Source: Mobula hypostoma | Taxonomy: Eukaryota | DNA: 64,000 nt | NCBI RefSeq assembly: GCF_963921235.1 | Contig: NC_086109.1 | Span: 19,656,001-19,720,000 of the forward strand | Reading direction: 5' to 3' | Part shown: positions 37,053 to 48,514 of the stretch, one piece after another | Layout: each line of letters opens with the position of its first letter | Position numbering within the stretch: position 1 is the stretch's first letter | Notes under the pieces: model-generated | What the model was told of the DNA's origin: nothing | Databases searched by the model: none | Seen by the model: the letters and a program-made list of their open reading frames with translations, nothing else | Program-made: the position numbers and the translations under genes

Positions 37053-37624
37053 CTAAGTTATTATTACTAGTGAATGAAGTCTCTAATGATAATAATAGAT
37101 TGATCAGCAACTCTAAATGATTTTAATACGGACAAGAGATTAATCATGGAACCAAAAATCAGAAATCTCTTTTTTAGAGCTAGCTCTTAGATCAAAATAT
37201 TAGTCATACCTTTGACTTGCCAAATCTCCTAAGTCATTATTACTAGTGGGTATAACAGATTTGGCAGCATCTGTGGAGAGGTACACAGAGTTACTGTTTC
37301 AAGTGTAAGGTCTCTGTGTAACTGGCAGGAGGTGAATTAGATTTTAAATAAGTACGGAGTCAGGGAAATTAAGAAAAAAGAGCCAAAAGGAGGTCTGTGA
37401 TCAAGATAAAATGGAGAAGATAATAGTAAAGGGCAAAAGTATGAGCTAATGGGACTTAAAGAAACAGAAGATAGGTCTAGCTGACACCAGAGATTCTGCA
37501 GATACTGGAAATCTTGAGCAACATACACAAAATGCTGGAGGAACTCAACACAACAGTGCAGGCCAAGACCTGATGATTTCACTTTACGCCTTGGTACCAA
37601 ATTTTTACAATAAAGCTTCTGTGA

Positions 37625-37832
37625 AGCAACACACAGAAAAAGTTGAAGGAACGCAGAAGGTCAAGCAACATCTATGGAGGACAATAAAATACAGGGGTTC
37701 TAATGAAAAGATTCTGCCGAAATTACAACTGTTTATTTCCCTCTATAGATGCTGCCTAATCTGTCAAGTTCCTCTAGCATTTTGTGTGTGGTGCTTAAGA
37801 TTTCCAGCATCTACAGAATTTGTTGCATCTCT
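37625..37832. mobile_element. Penelope pLTR-derived palindromic element
   Basis: gcaacacacagaaaa...acatctatggagg / ccctctatagatgctgcc...gcattttgtgtgtgg. Confidence 0.6.
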
Positions 37833-38424
37833 GTGAAGCTCCTTTGGATGCACATACTGTATACTGAAGATTATATGGGCAAGCTCTAGGAGATCTTTTG
37901 ACTCTCAGTTGAGAATACTTGCAAAATTCAGATGAATGTCAATCAATTTTTCACAAGTAAAGATCACACCTGAAATGATAAATTCTTTCAGGAATTCATG
38001 GGCAGATGCCAGTATTAATTTAACATATTGAGCTAAGGAGAAGTGTGACAGAACTAGCAGTGACTACTAAAGTTAGCAGTACAGATTGGCGCTGTGATTT
38101 CACAGGATTGCTTTTATTATGTTAATCTTTTTTTTTTTGTTCATTCTTGGACATAGGTGTCTGAAATGAAGAAATTTGTTATCCAACCAAGTGCTTTATT
38201 GAGCAATTTAGAGGGTGTTGAGAAGTTAACCATATTACTGCAAGTAGGCCAAAAGCAAGTAAGAATGGCAGAAAGCTTGGAATAAGAAAAGTTGATTTCC
38301 TTTATTAAAGGCTTTTTAACAAATAGCCAATGTTAATTGTCACCATTACTGATGTAAACTTACCAAATCACGCTGCGGGAGATGAAGTGGATCATTAGTT
38401 CTGGCCTTAAATTTGTTAACCCAA

Positions 38425-38582
38425 TGTAATTTCTATTTTCTATTTATGATTTATAATTTAAATTTTTAATATTTACTATCGATTTGTGCTCCAGGGAGCG
38501 CGAAGCGCAGAATCAAATATCGCTGTGATGATTGTACGCTCTAGTATCAATTGTTTGGTGACAATAGAGTATAAAGTATAAC
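38425..38582 (+). mobile_element. young LINE 3' terminus (family uncertain)
   Basis: CpG-retaining stem-loop, then ggtgacaatagagtataaagtata tail. Confidence 0.5.
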
Positions 38583-38648
38583 ATAAGCAACTTGCTATCA
38601 TTTCCAGTCTGCTCACAGTGCTCACATCTTCCAGTGTTGCATGATTAA

Positions 38649-39214
38649 TACTCAGTGGCCACTTTATTAGGTACAATGGTACACCTGCTCATTAATGCGA
38701 ATATCTAATCAGCCAATCATGTGTCAGCAACTCGATGCATAAAAGCATGCGGACATGGTCAAGAGGTTCAGTTGTTGTTCAGACCAAACATCAGAATGAG
38801 GTAGAAATGTGATCTATGTGACTTTGACTGTGAAATGATTGTTGGTGCCAGATGGGGTGGTTTGAGTATCTCAGAATCTGCTGATCTCCTGGGATTTTTA
38901 CACACAACAGTCTCTAGAATTTACAGAGAATAGAGCAAAAATTGAAAAATGTCCAGTGAGTGTCAGTTCTGTGGGTGGAAATGCGTTATTAATGAGGGAT
39001 TTCAGAGGATAATGGCCAGACTGGTTCCAGCTGACAGGAAGGTGACAGTAACTCAAATAACTATGCATTACAATGGTGTATGGAACAGCAACTCTGAATG
39101 CACAACACATTGAACCATGAAGTGGATGGGCTGCCGCAGCAGAGGATCACAAACATACACTTAGTGGCTATTTTACTAGGCACAGGAGCTACTTAGCAAA
39201 GTAGCCACTGAGTG
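38649..39214 (+). mobile_element. non-autonomous Tc1/mariner derivative, copy 2 (uninterrupted)
   Basis: TIRs tactcagtggccactttattagg / aaagtagccactgagtg; decayed transposase N-terminal HTH (CDLCDFDCEMIVGARWGGLSISESADLLGF). Confidence 0.88.
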
Positions 39215-39634
39215 TTTTTCAAACCATATTTTAACAAAGAGAATTTTCTGTGTTGATATTCATTTAATTTCAGTGGAGAGAAAGGTATCACCCAAATCAG
39301 AAAACTTAACGCATTTCTCAAACTGGAACATGGTGATTAACAAATGATTAAAGCTTTGATCAGCTTCGCAAACATTCTCTGTAACTTTGGCTCTTACTGT
39401 GTATAGGTACTGTGTTCACAATATGGACATTCAGAAAGACTGGCAGGAGATTCTATGACCTCCAAAAGGAGAGTGAGCTTCCTCCCTCTATGCCTTTATG
39501 ACTTAGGGGCCCTGAGTTACAAGGAGCAGTTGTGAAGTCCAGTACTTTATTCCTTGGAATGTAGGAGATTGAGGGGTGCCCTGAAAGAGGTATATAATAT
39601 CAGGAGGAACGCAGATAGGGTGAAAGCTCATAAA

Positions 39635-40035
39635 CATGAGAAAGTCTTCTGATGCTGGAAATCCGAAGCAACACAGACAAAATGCTAGGGGAACTCAGCA
39701 GGTCAGACAGCATCTGTGGAAATGAATAAACAGACAGCGCTTCGGGCTGAGACTCTTCTTCAGGACTGGGAAGGAAGGGGGAAGACACCAGAATAAAAAG
39801 TGGAGGGGGGTAGTGGTAGGAGGACAGCTAGAGGGTGATAGGTGAAGCCAGATAAAGAGACGAGAGTGGACCAAAGGAGAAAGGGAAGGAGGGGGAGAGA
39901 ACCCAGGGGGAGGTGATAGGCAGGTGAAGAGAGGTAATACGCCAGAGTGGAGATTAGAGGAAGAGAGGAAGGAGAGAGAATTTTTTGTACCGGAAGGAGA
40001 AATTGATATTTTTGCCTTTGGGTTGGAGGTTACTC
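39635..40035 (-). mobile_element. Penelope pLTR
   Basis: gatgctggaaatccgaagcaacacagacaaaatgctaggggaactcagcagg; hammerhead remnant at 39731-39768. Confidence 0.75.
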
Positions 40036-40196
40036 GTTGTCCTTTTCCCAAGAAGGGGTTGCTGTAAATAAGGGGGTATAGGTATAAGATCAGAGGCGAG
40101 AGATTTAAAAGACATCAGGGGCAATTTGTTCTTGCAAATGGTGGTGCGTATTTGGAATAAGCTGTCAGAATTAGTGATTAGGGTGGGCGTATTCAT

Positions 40197-40546
40197 CATC
40201 CGGGTAGTGGGTTTTGGCTCCATATGTCACCACTACAGGGCGTGACGATCCTGCCTTACGCGAGTCGCAGGCTCAGCTGGTTCCGGCTAACAGTACCCGG
40301 TATGGGCCCTTATCCAGGGTTACCTATCCCACTGCCTTGTGGGTATCTTCGGGAGAAGAGAAGGCTAAGGAGTAAACCCTACACAAATCTGGAGTGGAGC
40401 CCCAAAGGCGGTTGGATGATGTATCACGTCACCTCCCAGCAGCTCCTGCAGCCAAGATGATGCCAAATGTACTGCTTCACATTCCTTTGGACCACATCCG
40501 CGAGGCCGAGAGGGGGATATTGACATCTGGGAGCCATTATTATTAT
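40197..40546 (+). mobile_element. RTE-derived non-autonomous element
   Basis: Flanked by tattcat (40190-40196 / 40547-40553); (tat)n tail; gaaggctaaggagtaaaccc block shared with 62982-63577. Confidence 0.65.
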
Positions 40547-41089
40547 TATTCATATGCTATGCACATATTAACAACATTTATAAACAATCTAGTTAAATAC
40601 ATGGGTAAGAGTCCATGTAAAGAGGCAATGGGCCAAACACAGGAAGATCCGACTAGCTTGCTGGATAATACATTCTGCATCGATGAGAAGGGCCAAAGGG
40701 CTTGTTTCAATTCTGCATTATTCTACGACTCCCAGCACGGTGTTTCGAGTTGGAAGTTTTCCTGAGACAAAATCTATGAAAACAAGGCACGACAAAGGTC
40801 TCATAACAAATCACTTCTGAAGACGGTGAAGGAAGTAGGACATCACCCCAATCATTGAAGAACCATTCAGTGATTTGTGCTTTCCACTGCACACTAGCCT
40901 ACTTTCTTAAATATATTTGACAGTAATAGGAAATTCTAAGGCAGGAAAGGAAATTGTTGCAGCAGCTTTATGCAATTGCTGAGGCTTTGACAGTTCAGCA
41001 GCGATAAATAAAAATCATTAGGTTGGAAAACGTACTGGCAAGTGCCGGCAAATCCACTCTGAACTGCTGGCATTTTCCCTCCTGAGTGC

Positions 41090-41580
41090 CCAGATGTTCG
41101 GGATACCAGGATGACTAAGAAGGCAAATAGTACACTGACCTTCATACCAAGAGGGTATAAAGAAACATGCTATTGTACAGTAAAGCAGTCCTTACATAAT
41201 GAGTGCAGTTTTGATCCCCTTATCTTGCTATGAAAGGAGTTCGCCCGACTGATTTCTGGGAAGGTGGGACTGACATATAAAGAAAGATTGCAACAATTAG
41301 GCTTGTATTCTCTAGAGTTCCGAAGAATGAGACGAGATATCATCGAAAATTTGAGCAGACTGAACATATTAGATGCAGAAGGATATTCCCAGTGGAAGGG
41401 AAGCCCAAGTCCAGCGTTGACAGTCTACGGGTAAGGAATAAGCCATTCAAGATTGAGACAAGGAGAAATTTCTTCTCTCAGAAAGCAGCTGAAGCTAAAT
41501 TATTCAATATATTAATGAAATAATTAGATTTTTAGATCTAGGTAGATCCAGAGGAACATTCTGGAAAGGAACTGAATTGA
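41090..41580 (+). mobile_element. old CR1 LINE 3' fragment
   Basis: gagtgcagttttgatcccct, ttaggcttgtattctctagagtt, gagacaaggagaaatttcttctctcaga. Confidence 0.65.
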
Positions 41581-41584
41581 ATAA

Positions 41585-42445
41585 AGCTGCAGAAGACTGT
41601 AGACAGCCAACTCCATCACGGGCACCAGCCTCCCCATCTTCAAAGCACTTTGCTTCATAAAGGTGGCATCTCTCACAGAGGACCCTCACCACCCAGTACA
41701 TGCCCTCTTCTCGGTACTGCCATCTGGGGGGAGGTACAGAGCCTGAAGATGCACACTCAATGCTTTATGAACAGGAATTGACCATCAGATTTCTGAAGGG
41801 GCCATGAACTCATGAACGCTGCCTTACTATGAACACAAGAGATTCTGCAGGTGCTGGCAATCCAGAGTAACACACCCAAAATGCTGGAAGAAATCCTCGG
41901 CCTGAAATGGCGACTCTTTATTCTCTTCCATAGGTGCTGCCTGACCTGCTGAGCTCTTCCAGCATTTTGTATGTATAACACTTTCTCACAGTTCTGCTGT
42001 CCTTTTCAAACATTTAGTTACTTTTAATGTTTTATTTATTCATTTATTGAGATACAATGTGGAATAGGCCATTCTGGCCTTTCAAGCCTCACCGCCCAGC
42101 AATCCCCCAGATTTAATCCTATCCTAATCACAGGACAAGTTACAAAGACCAATCAATCTACAAACTGATACGTCTTTGGACTGTCAGAGGAAACTGGAGA
42201 ACCTGGAGTAAACACGCGTGGTCATGGGGAGAACGTACAAACTCCTTACAGGCAGAGGTGGGAATTGAACCCAGTTTGCCTGTACTGTAAAGCATTGTAC
42301 TAACCACTACACTACTGTGCCACCCCAAAAATATTTCTTATTGTAACTTATAGTTTCTTTTCCATGTTTTGCAATGTACAGCTGATGCAAAACAACAAAT
42401 TTCATGACAGATGTCTGTGATAATAAATCTGATTCTGATTCTGAA
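41585..42445 (+). mobile_element. Rex1-like LINE 3' end with nested Penelope hairpin (~41835-41975) and V-SINE (~42030-42325, -)
   Basis: catgccctcttctcggtactgccatctggggggaggtacagagcc; tail aataaatctgattctgattctga. Confidence 0.75.
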
Positions 42446-43227
42446 AGATAAATAGTGGATCACAAAAAGTAGCCTTCACCGGCTGTGATCCTATGGAAGT
42501 CCTGAACTTGGTGGCCTCTGGGGTGATTCCGACAGGAATCCAGCACTGAACCCCTTGCAGAGGTATCGTGGGGAACTTATCACTAAAACTGCAACAAGAT
42601 GACTGGACCTTTCATTTCAGGAAGATGACTACGTATGAGTTAATTTATTCAAAGAAATGTAAATTGAGTTTAGTTAACTATTTTCAAAAGCTTCTCTTCC
42701 GTTTACATTGTATTAAACATTTATTAACTTTTCAAAAACATTAATTATGTCGTTCATTTTATTTGTTTTTGAAGGGCCAAGCAATCAAATTTCTTGGTAG
42801 TTTAGCTGGTGTTCAAAGATGTTTCTTCAGCCATATCATCGGCACAGCCTGCTCTGTCTCATCCAAGTTAAGGCACTGCATCTTGTGGGAACTTGTCACT
42901 AATGGTAAGGTGGTTTAAGGCAACAAGCCAACATCAGTAGAGCTGGAAAAGACAAATATGTCTTTACCTCTTAGGTCAGCAGTGTGAATGGGCAGCTCGC
43001 CATTGGCAGCAGATTCAGATGCACAGAGTGTTTAAACAAATCAGCAGCTCCAATAACTTCTAATTTCATCACAATTAACATCTTTCCCTGTGCCAGCTAA
43101 CAGCTATGGCTTAGTAAGGGCATCTACAGTGTCCGAGACAGAGGGTATGGGTTCATGCCACACCCCTGAGACTTCAGCACAAAAAGGTACACTTGTACTC
43201 CCAGTACTGTGTTACTACAGGCAGTCC

Positions 43228-44150
43228 TCAAAGTTCAAAGTAAATTTATTATCAAAATAAGTATATGTCTCTATATACTACTCTGAGATTCATTTTCTTG
43301 CAGGCATTCACAGTGCAATTAAAAAATACAACAGAATCAATGAAAGACTGAAAAAACTTCACAAAAAGACTGGCAAGCAATCAATGTGCTTGGAGGATCA
43401 GAGGGATCTTGGAGTCTGAGTCCATAAGACACTCAAAGCTGCTATGCAGGTTGACTCTGTGGTTAAGAAAGCATACGGTGCATTGGCCTTCATCAATCGT
43501 GGGATTGAGTTTAGGAGCCAATAGGTAATGTTACAGCTATATAGGACCCCGGACTGACCCAACTTGGAATACTGTGCTCAGCTCTGGTCACCTCAGTATA
43601 GGAAAGATGTGGAAACCATAGAAAGGGTACAGAGGAGATTTACAAGGATGTTGCCTGGATTGGGGAGCATGCCTTATGAGAATAGGTTGAGTGAACTCGG
43701 CCTTTTTTCCTTGGAGTGATGGAGGGTGAGAGGTGACCTGATAGAGGTGTATAAGATGATGAGAGGCATTGATCGTGTAGATAGTCAGAGGCTTTTGTCC
43801 AGGGCTGAAATGGCAAGCACGAGAAGGCACAGCTTTAAGGTGCTTGGAAGTTGATACAGAGGAGATGTCAGGGGTACGTTTTTTACGCAGAATGGTGAGT
43901 GCATGGAATGGGCTGCTGGCGACAGTGGTGGAGGCGGATATGATAGGGTCTTTCAAGACACTCCTGGACAGGTACATGGAGCTCAGAAAAATAGAGGGCT
44001 ATGGGTATCCCTAGGTAATTTCTAAGGTAAGGACATGTTCGGCACAGCTTTGTGGGCCGAAGGGCCTGTATTGTGCTGTAGTTTTTTTATGTTACTATGT
44101 GCAAAAGACAAACTGTGCAAATACCAAAAAGAACAAATAATAGTCATGTC
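43228..44150 (-). mobile_element. Rex1-like LINE 3' UTR split by a CR1 insertion
   Basis: caaagttcaaagtaaatttattatc tail; resumes gcaaaagacaaactgtgcaaatac. Confidence 0.65.
43390..44096 (+). mobile_element. young CR1 LINE 3' portion
   Basis: Close copy of 20293-20980 (rc); flanked by atgtgc (43384-43389 / 44097-44102). Confidence 0.92.
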
Positions 44151-44209
44151 TCCAATGGAAAAAAAATTGTGCTCTTATTTAGAGTTCCACCAAAGTGCAG
44201 TCCATACTT

Positions 44210-45610
44210 TACCCTCAAAAAATACAGGATTAGAGGCAAGACTCTTGACAGTGTGAAGAAATAGAGGGATCTTGGGTTCACACATTTTGAAAGGGTGGTT
44301 AAGAAGGCATATGGTATATCTGCATTAATTGGTGGATTGAGTTCAAGTGCCGTGACGTAATGTTGCAACTGTATAAAACCCTAGTTAGACCACACGTGGA
44401 ATATTGCGCTCATTTCTGGTTGCCTCATTATTTGAAGGACATAGAAGCTCTAGAGAGGGTGCAGAGCAGATCTGCCAGGATGCTGCTTGGACTAGAGGAC
44501 ATCTTGAGAATAGGTTGAGCAAGCTAGCACGTTTTCTCTCTGGAACAAAAGAGGATGAGAGGCGACTTGATACAGATGTACAAGAAGAAGAGGCATAGAT
44601 TAAGTGGTTAGCCAAACTTTTTCCCAAGGCACAATTTAGATTATGAGGACACTCAGTCCTTGTTTATTGTCATTTAGAAATGCATGCATTAAAAAATGAT
44701 ACAATGTTCCTCCGGTATGATATCACAAAAACACAAGACAGACCAAGACTAAAACTGACAAAAAAACACATAATTATAACGTATAGTTACAACAGTACAA
44801 AGCAATACCGTAATTTGATAAGAGCAGACCATGGGCACGGTAAAAAAAAGTGTCAAAGTCCCGATAGCCCCAGCATCTCACATAGACGGTAGAAGGAAGA
44901 AACTCTCCCTGCCGTGAGCTTCCAGCGCAGCAAACTTGCCCATGTAGCATCCTCAAAGCACCCAACCACAGTCCGACTCTGAGTCCGTCCAAAAACTTCA
45001 AGCCTCCGACCAGCCCTCCAACACCGAGCACTGAGCACCATCTCCGCCAAGCGCTTCAATCCTGGCCCCAGCCGCCAAGTAACAGGCAAAGCCGAGGATT
45101 CAGGCCTTCCCCTCTGGAGATTCTCGATCGCACAGTAGCAGTAGCAGTGAAGCAGGCATTTCAGAAGTTTCTCCAGATGTTCCTCCGTGCTCTCACGTCT
45201 GCCTCCATCAAATCAGAATAGTGCACGGCCTCCTACTTGACAGATTACAGATAGTCATCACCAGAGAGGCCGCGCAAGCTGCGTCACGCCGCCATCTTCT
45301 CCTCCTCCAATTTGCTAATACATGAGAGAATAATTTTAAGGAGATTGGAAGAAAATATAGGAGGGATGTCAGAGGTAAGTTGTTTACACAGAGAGTGATG
45401 GGGCATGGAACATCTTGCCAGGGGTGGTGCTGGAGGCAGATACATCAGCGACATCTAAGAAACCCTTAAATAAGCACATGGATGATAGAAAAATGGAGGA
45501 CTATGTCGGAGGGAAGGGTTAGATTGATCTTAGAGTAGGTTAAAAGATAGGCACGACATCGTGGCCAAAGTGTCTGTACCGTGCTGTAATGTTCTATGTT
45601 CTATATTCTA
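44210..45610 (+). mobile_element. CR1 LINE 3' portion interrupted by a non-autonomous retroposon
   Basis: ggttaagaaggcatatgg, ttagaccacacgtggaatattgc; resumes gctaatacatgag after the insert. Confidence 0.8.
44638..45308 (-). mobile_element. non-autonomous retroposon (YY1-motif head), copy 2
   Basis: rc of 9431-10038 plus ~75 bp extra; flanked by (c)aattt at 44632-44637 and 45308-45313. Confidence 0.8.
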
Positions 45611-45639
45611 AGTTTTTCACCATTTGCAGTTAGTGTTAG

Positions 45640-45836
45640 CAACAAACAATCTGCTGGAGGAACATCAATGGGTCCAGCAGCACCTGTGGGAGGAAAGAAT
45701 TGTCAGCATTACGAGTTAAACCCTACATCAGGACAGGGTTTCAACCCAAAATGTCGACATTTCTTTCCTCCCACAGATGCTGCTCAAACCACTGAGATCT
45801 TTAGGTAGATTGTTTCCAGTATCTGCAGTCTCATGT
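45640..45836. mobile_element. Penelope pLTR-derived palindromic element
   Basis: cagcacctgtgggaggaaagaat / atttctttcctcccacagatgctg arms. Confidence 0.65.
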
Positions 45837-46974
45837 CTATCATGTCAGAGTTTGTCGGACCACACTGTGCATTTGTGTTTCCTCCATGACGCATGCGGTG
45901 ATGTCTCATTGCCTGTCAATCCACTGCAAGTCCTTAGGTCATTGGAGGTTTTTACATGCACATCCTGCTTCCTCGTTCCAGTGGGCTTGGCTAGGGGTAG
46001 TTTGTAATCTGTCTTGCAAATCTCCTTGGCCTTGTCAGCCTTTGCACTTGTTTGCCATTACTACCTGCTCTCTGTGCTTCTCATTTACCAGACAGCTGTG
46101 AGTAATGAGGAAGTGAAAGGAAATAACGGGATGATGGACGTTGTTCATAGATGCTATTCAATTGTCTTCTTTTGGAGGGAGATTTGACCTTGAAGCAAGA
46201 ATGTTTCTCTTACAGAAACAGCTTGTCAGAAAGTACATCCTGGGAAACAGGACAAGAACATCTCATGGTGCCTGTAATTTCAAGGAATTGATAGGAACAA
46301 TACCATAGACTGAGTAACATGACATTAGGGCAGACAATGAAAATATCATCAATAAACTAAACTTTTAGAACATTAAAAAACTTAAGAAGCAGGAAAAATA
46401 ATGTATCAGGGTTTTAAGAATTTGAAGGAGCTTAGTAGGGAGATGTTCTAAATGGGAAGGGAAGATCAAAATATAGGGCAAAATCTCAGGATTAGTGGGT
46501 GGGGACCCATTTAAGACAGAAACTGGTAAGAACCTTGTTCCTCACAGAGTGTTGAGTAATGCTGAACAGGTTCGAGGCCACAGTAGAAAGATTTGTGGAC
46601 TAAGGGGGAATGGTGTTAGGATATTCAGGAAGAAAGGTGGAGTTGAGGCCAACTATCAATTAGATGTCTATCTAATCATGTGGAACCTAATTTTATGGAA
46701 TGGTGGACATGCTAGAGGAGCCATTAGGTCTATTCCTGCTTCTATCTCATCTATCCATAACAGACTAGGAATGAAGGAGAGTAGCGACATAGGATAGTTG
46801 CTGGTGGACTTTACAGAGAGAGAGAGAGAGAGAGAGAGGGCAGTATCATGAACGGATATGAAAATAAAAAAGATAAGCGTTTTAAATTCGTGCCTTTGCC
46901 TTGCGAAGTATGTTTCTTAAATTTAGATGCCAGCAAACTAGGAGATAAAAAGTGACCATATTGTAAAGAGGCAC

Positions 46975-47472
46975 CTTTCGCATTTTCAGGACATCATCAA
47001 GGAGATGTGCCTCAAAAAGGCGGCATTCATGATTAAGGACCCCATCACCCAAGACATGCCCTCTTCTCATTGCTACCATGAGGGACGAGGTACAGGAGCC
47101 TGAAGGCACACACTCAATAAATGATTCAGGAAAAGCTTCTACCCCTCTGATTGCTGATTAAACATTGAACACTACCTCACTACCTTTTTTTCTCACTATT
47201 TGAACTACTTATTTAATTTAATTTATAAACAGTATCTATTGACTTCTTTTGGAGTGAGATTTGACCTAGAAGCAAGAATGTTTCTTTTACAGAAACAGCT
47301 TGTTAAGCACATCCTGGAAAACAGGACAAGAGCAACTTGTGGTGCCTGTGTGTATGTGTATATATATATAAACTTCTTACTGTAATTTACAGTTTTTGTT
47401 ATTATGTACTGCTGCTAAACGAATTTCATGACATATGCTAGTGATATTAAAACTGATCCCAATTTTGATTCC
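46975..47472 (+). mobile_element. Rex1-like LINE 3' end carrying a ~114-bp foreign insert
   Basis: gacatgccctcttctcattgctacc..gaggtacaggagcctgaaggcacacactc; insert at 47236-47349. Confidence 0.8.
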
Positions 47473-48029
47473 TAAAGCAAACATAATCTATACATTAACT
47501 TTTGAGGGTATAGTTCCTGATGTCAATATATAAGATTGTAATTGGGAGGATGTGGACAACATAAAGGACATGGATTGTATTGGAGAAGTGACCCTTACAT
47601 AATAATCTATGCAAAGATAAAAATGATGCTGCCAGTCTCCAATCCTGACATGTTGAGGTGTTTGTCCTACTATCAATGGTTCAGAAATTATGTAAACTCT
47701 TAGGTTGCAGGATTTGATTCCAAGGTTCCAGGCTGTTTGCAGTTTGATTATAATTATTAAGCTTGTAGCTAGCCCTTGGTTTGAAGGCTTCTAGTACAGT
47801 TCCCTGTCGCATTATAGTTGCTTGAAATTCATCCAGTGGATGGACAGCCAGAAGCTACGAGACCTTGTGAATACAAAGGAAAGAGAATGGAAGGAGTTTC
47901 AGTCTCAAATAGAGTTTACCTTCACTTTTCTAGTTTGTTCCTCTCAATCTTCTCTTTCCGCTTTTGCCCCAGTATTCACAACAGAGGTACAACTCAGTGT
48001 GTCATATTTGACAATGTTACTATTTCATC

Positions 48030-48372
48030 TCAGCTATCACCAGACTGTTGAGCACATAATCCAGGCTAATACACATTGGTGAAGCACTGAGAGAGAGTCA
48101 CACAGTTGAATGTGGTGCCTTTTTGAGGAGATGTCCCCATCTGCTGTCTCAGGTGGTTATAGAAACATAGAAACATAGAAAATAGGTGCAGGAGTAGGCC
48201 ATTCGGCCCTTCGAGCCTACACCGCCATTTATTATGATCATGACTGATCATCCAACTCAGAACCCTGCACCAACCTTCCTCACTCAAATTCCACACTCAA
48301 ATTACTGAAGTAGTTTATCTGCTTATTCATTTCATTGCTGTTCATAGCCAGTTCCTCTTTTACAACAGTGAT
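48030..48372 (+). mobile_element. ancient Deu-domain SINE remnant with nested CR1 tail (~48158-48280, -)
   Basis: ttgagcacataatccaggctaatac, catttcattgctgtt, ttacaacagtga. Confidence 0.5.
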
Positions 48373-48514
48373 AGTTCAGAATCAGAATCAGGTTTAATAT
48401 TACTGGCATGTGCCATGAAATTTGTTGTTTTGCAGCAGCCTAACATTGCAATACATAATAATAAAAGCTATAAGTTACAGTAAGAATTATATACATATAC
48501 ATATATATCACTGA

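Larger units (their letters stand above)
39500..40730 (+). mobile_element. CR1 LINE 3' fragment with nested Penelope and RTE-derived insertions
   Basis: gagattgaggggtgccctgaaagaggtatata ... ggtgcgtatttggaataagctgtc ... ttctacgactc. Confidence 0.7.

Noticed and set aside
47680..48060. Protein-like ORFs and a minus-strand polypyrimidine/AG acceptor near 47865
   Set aside because: No convincing donor, stops in the frames following the acceptor, and no recognisable domain
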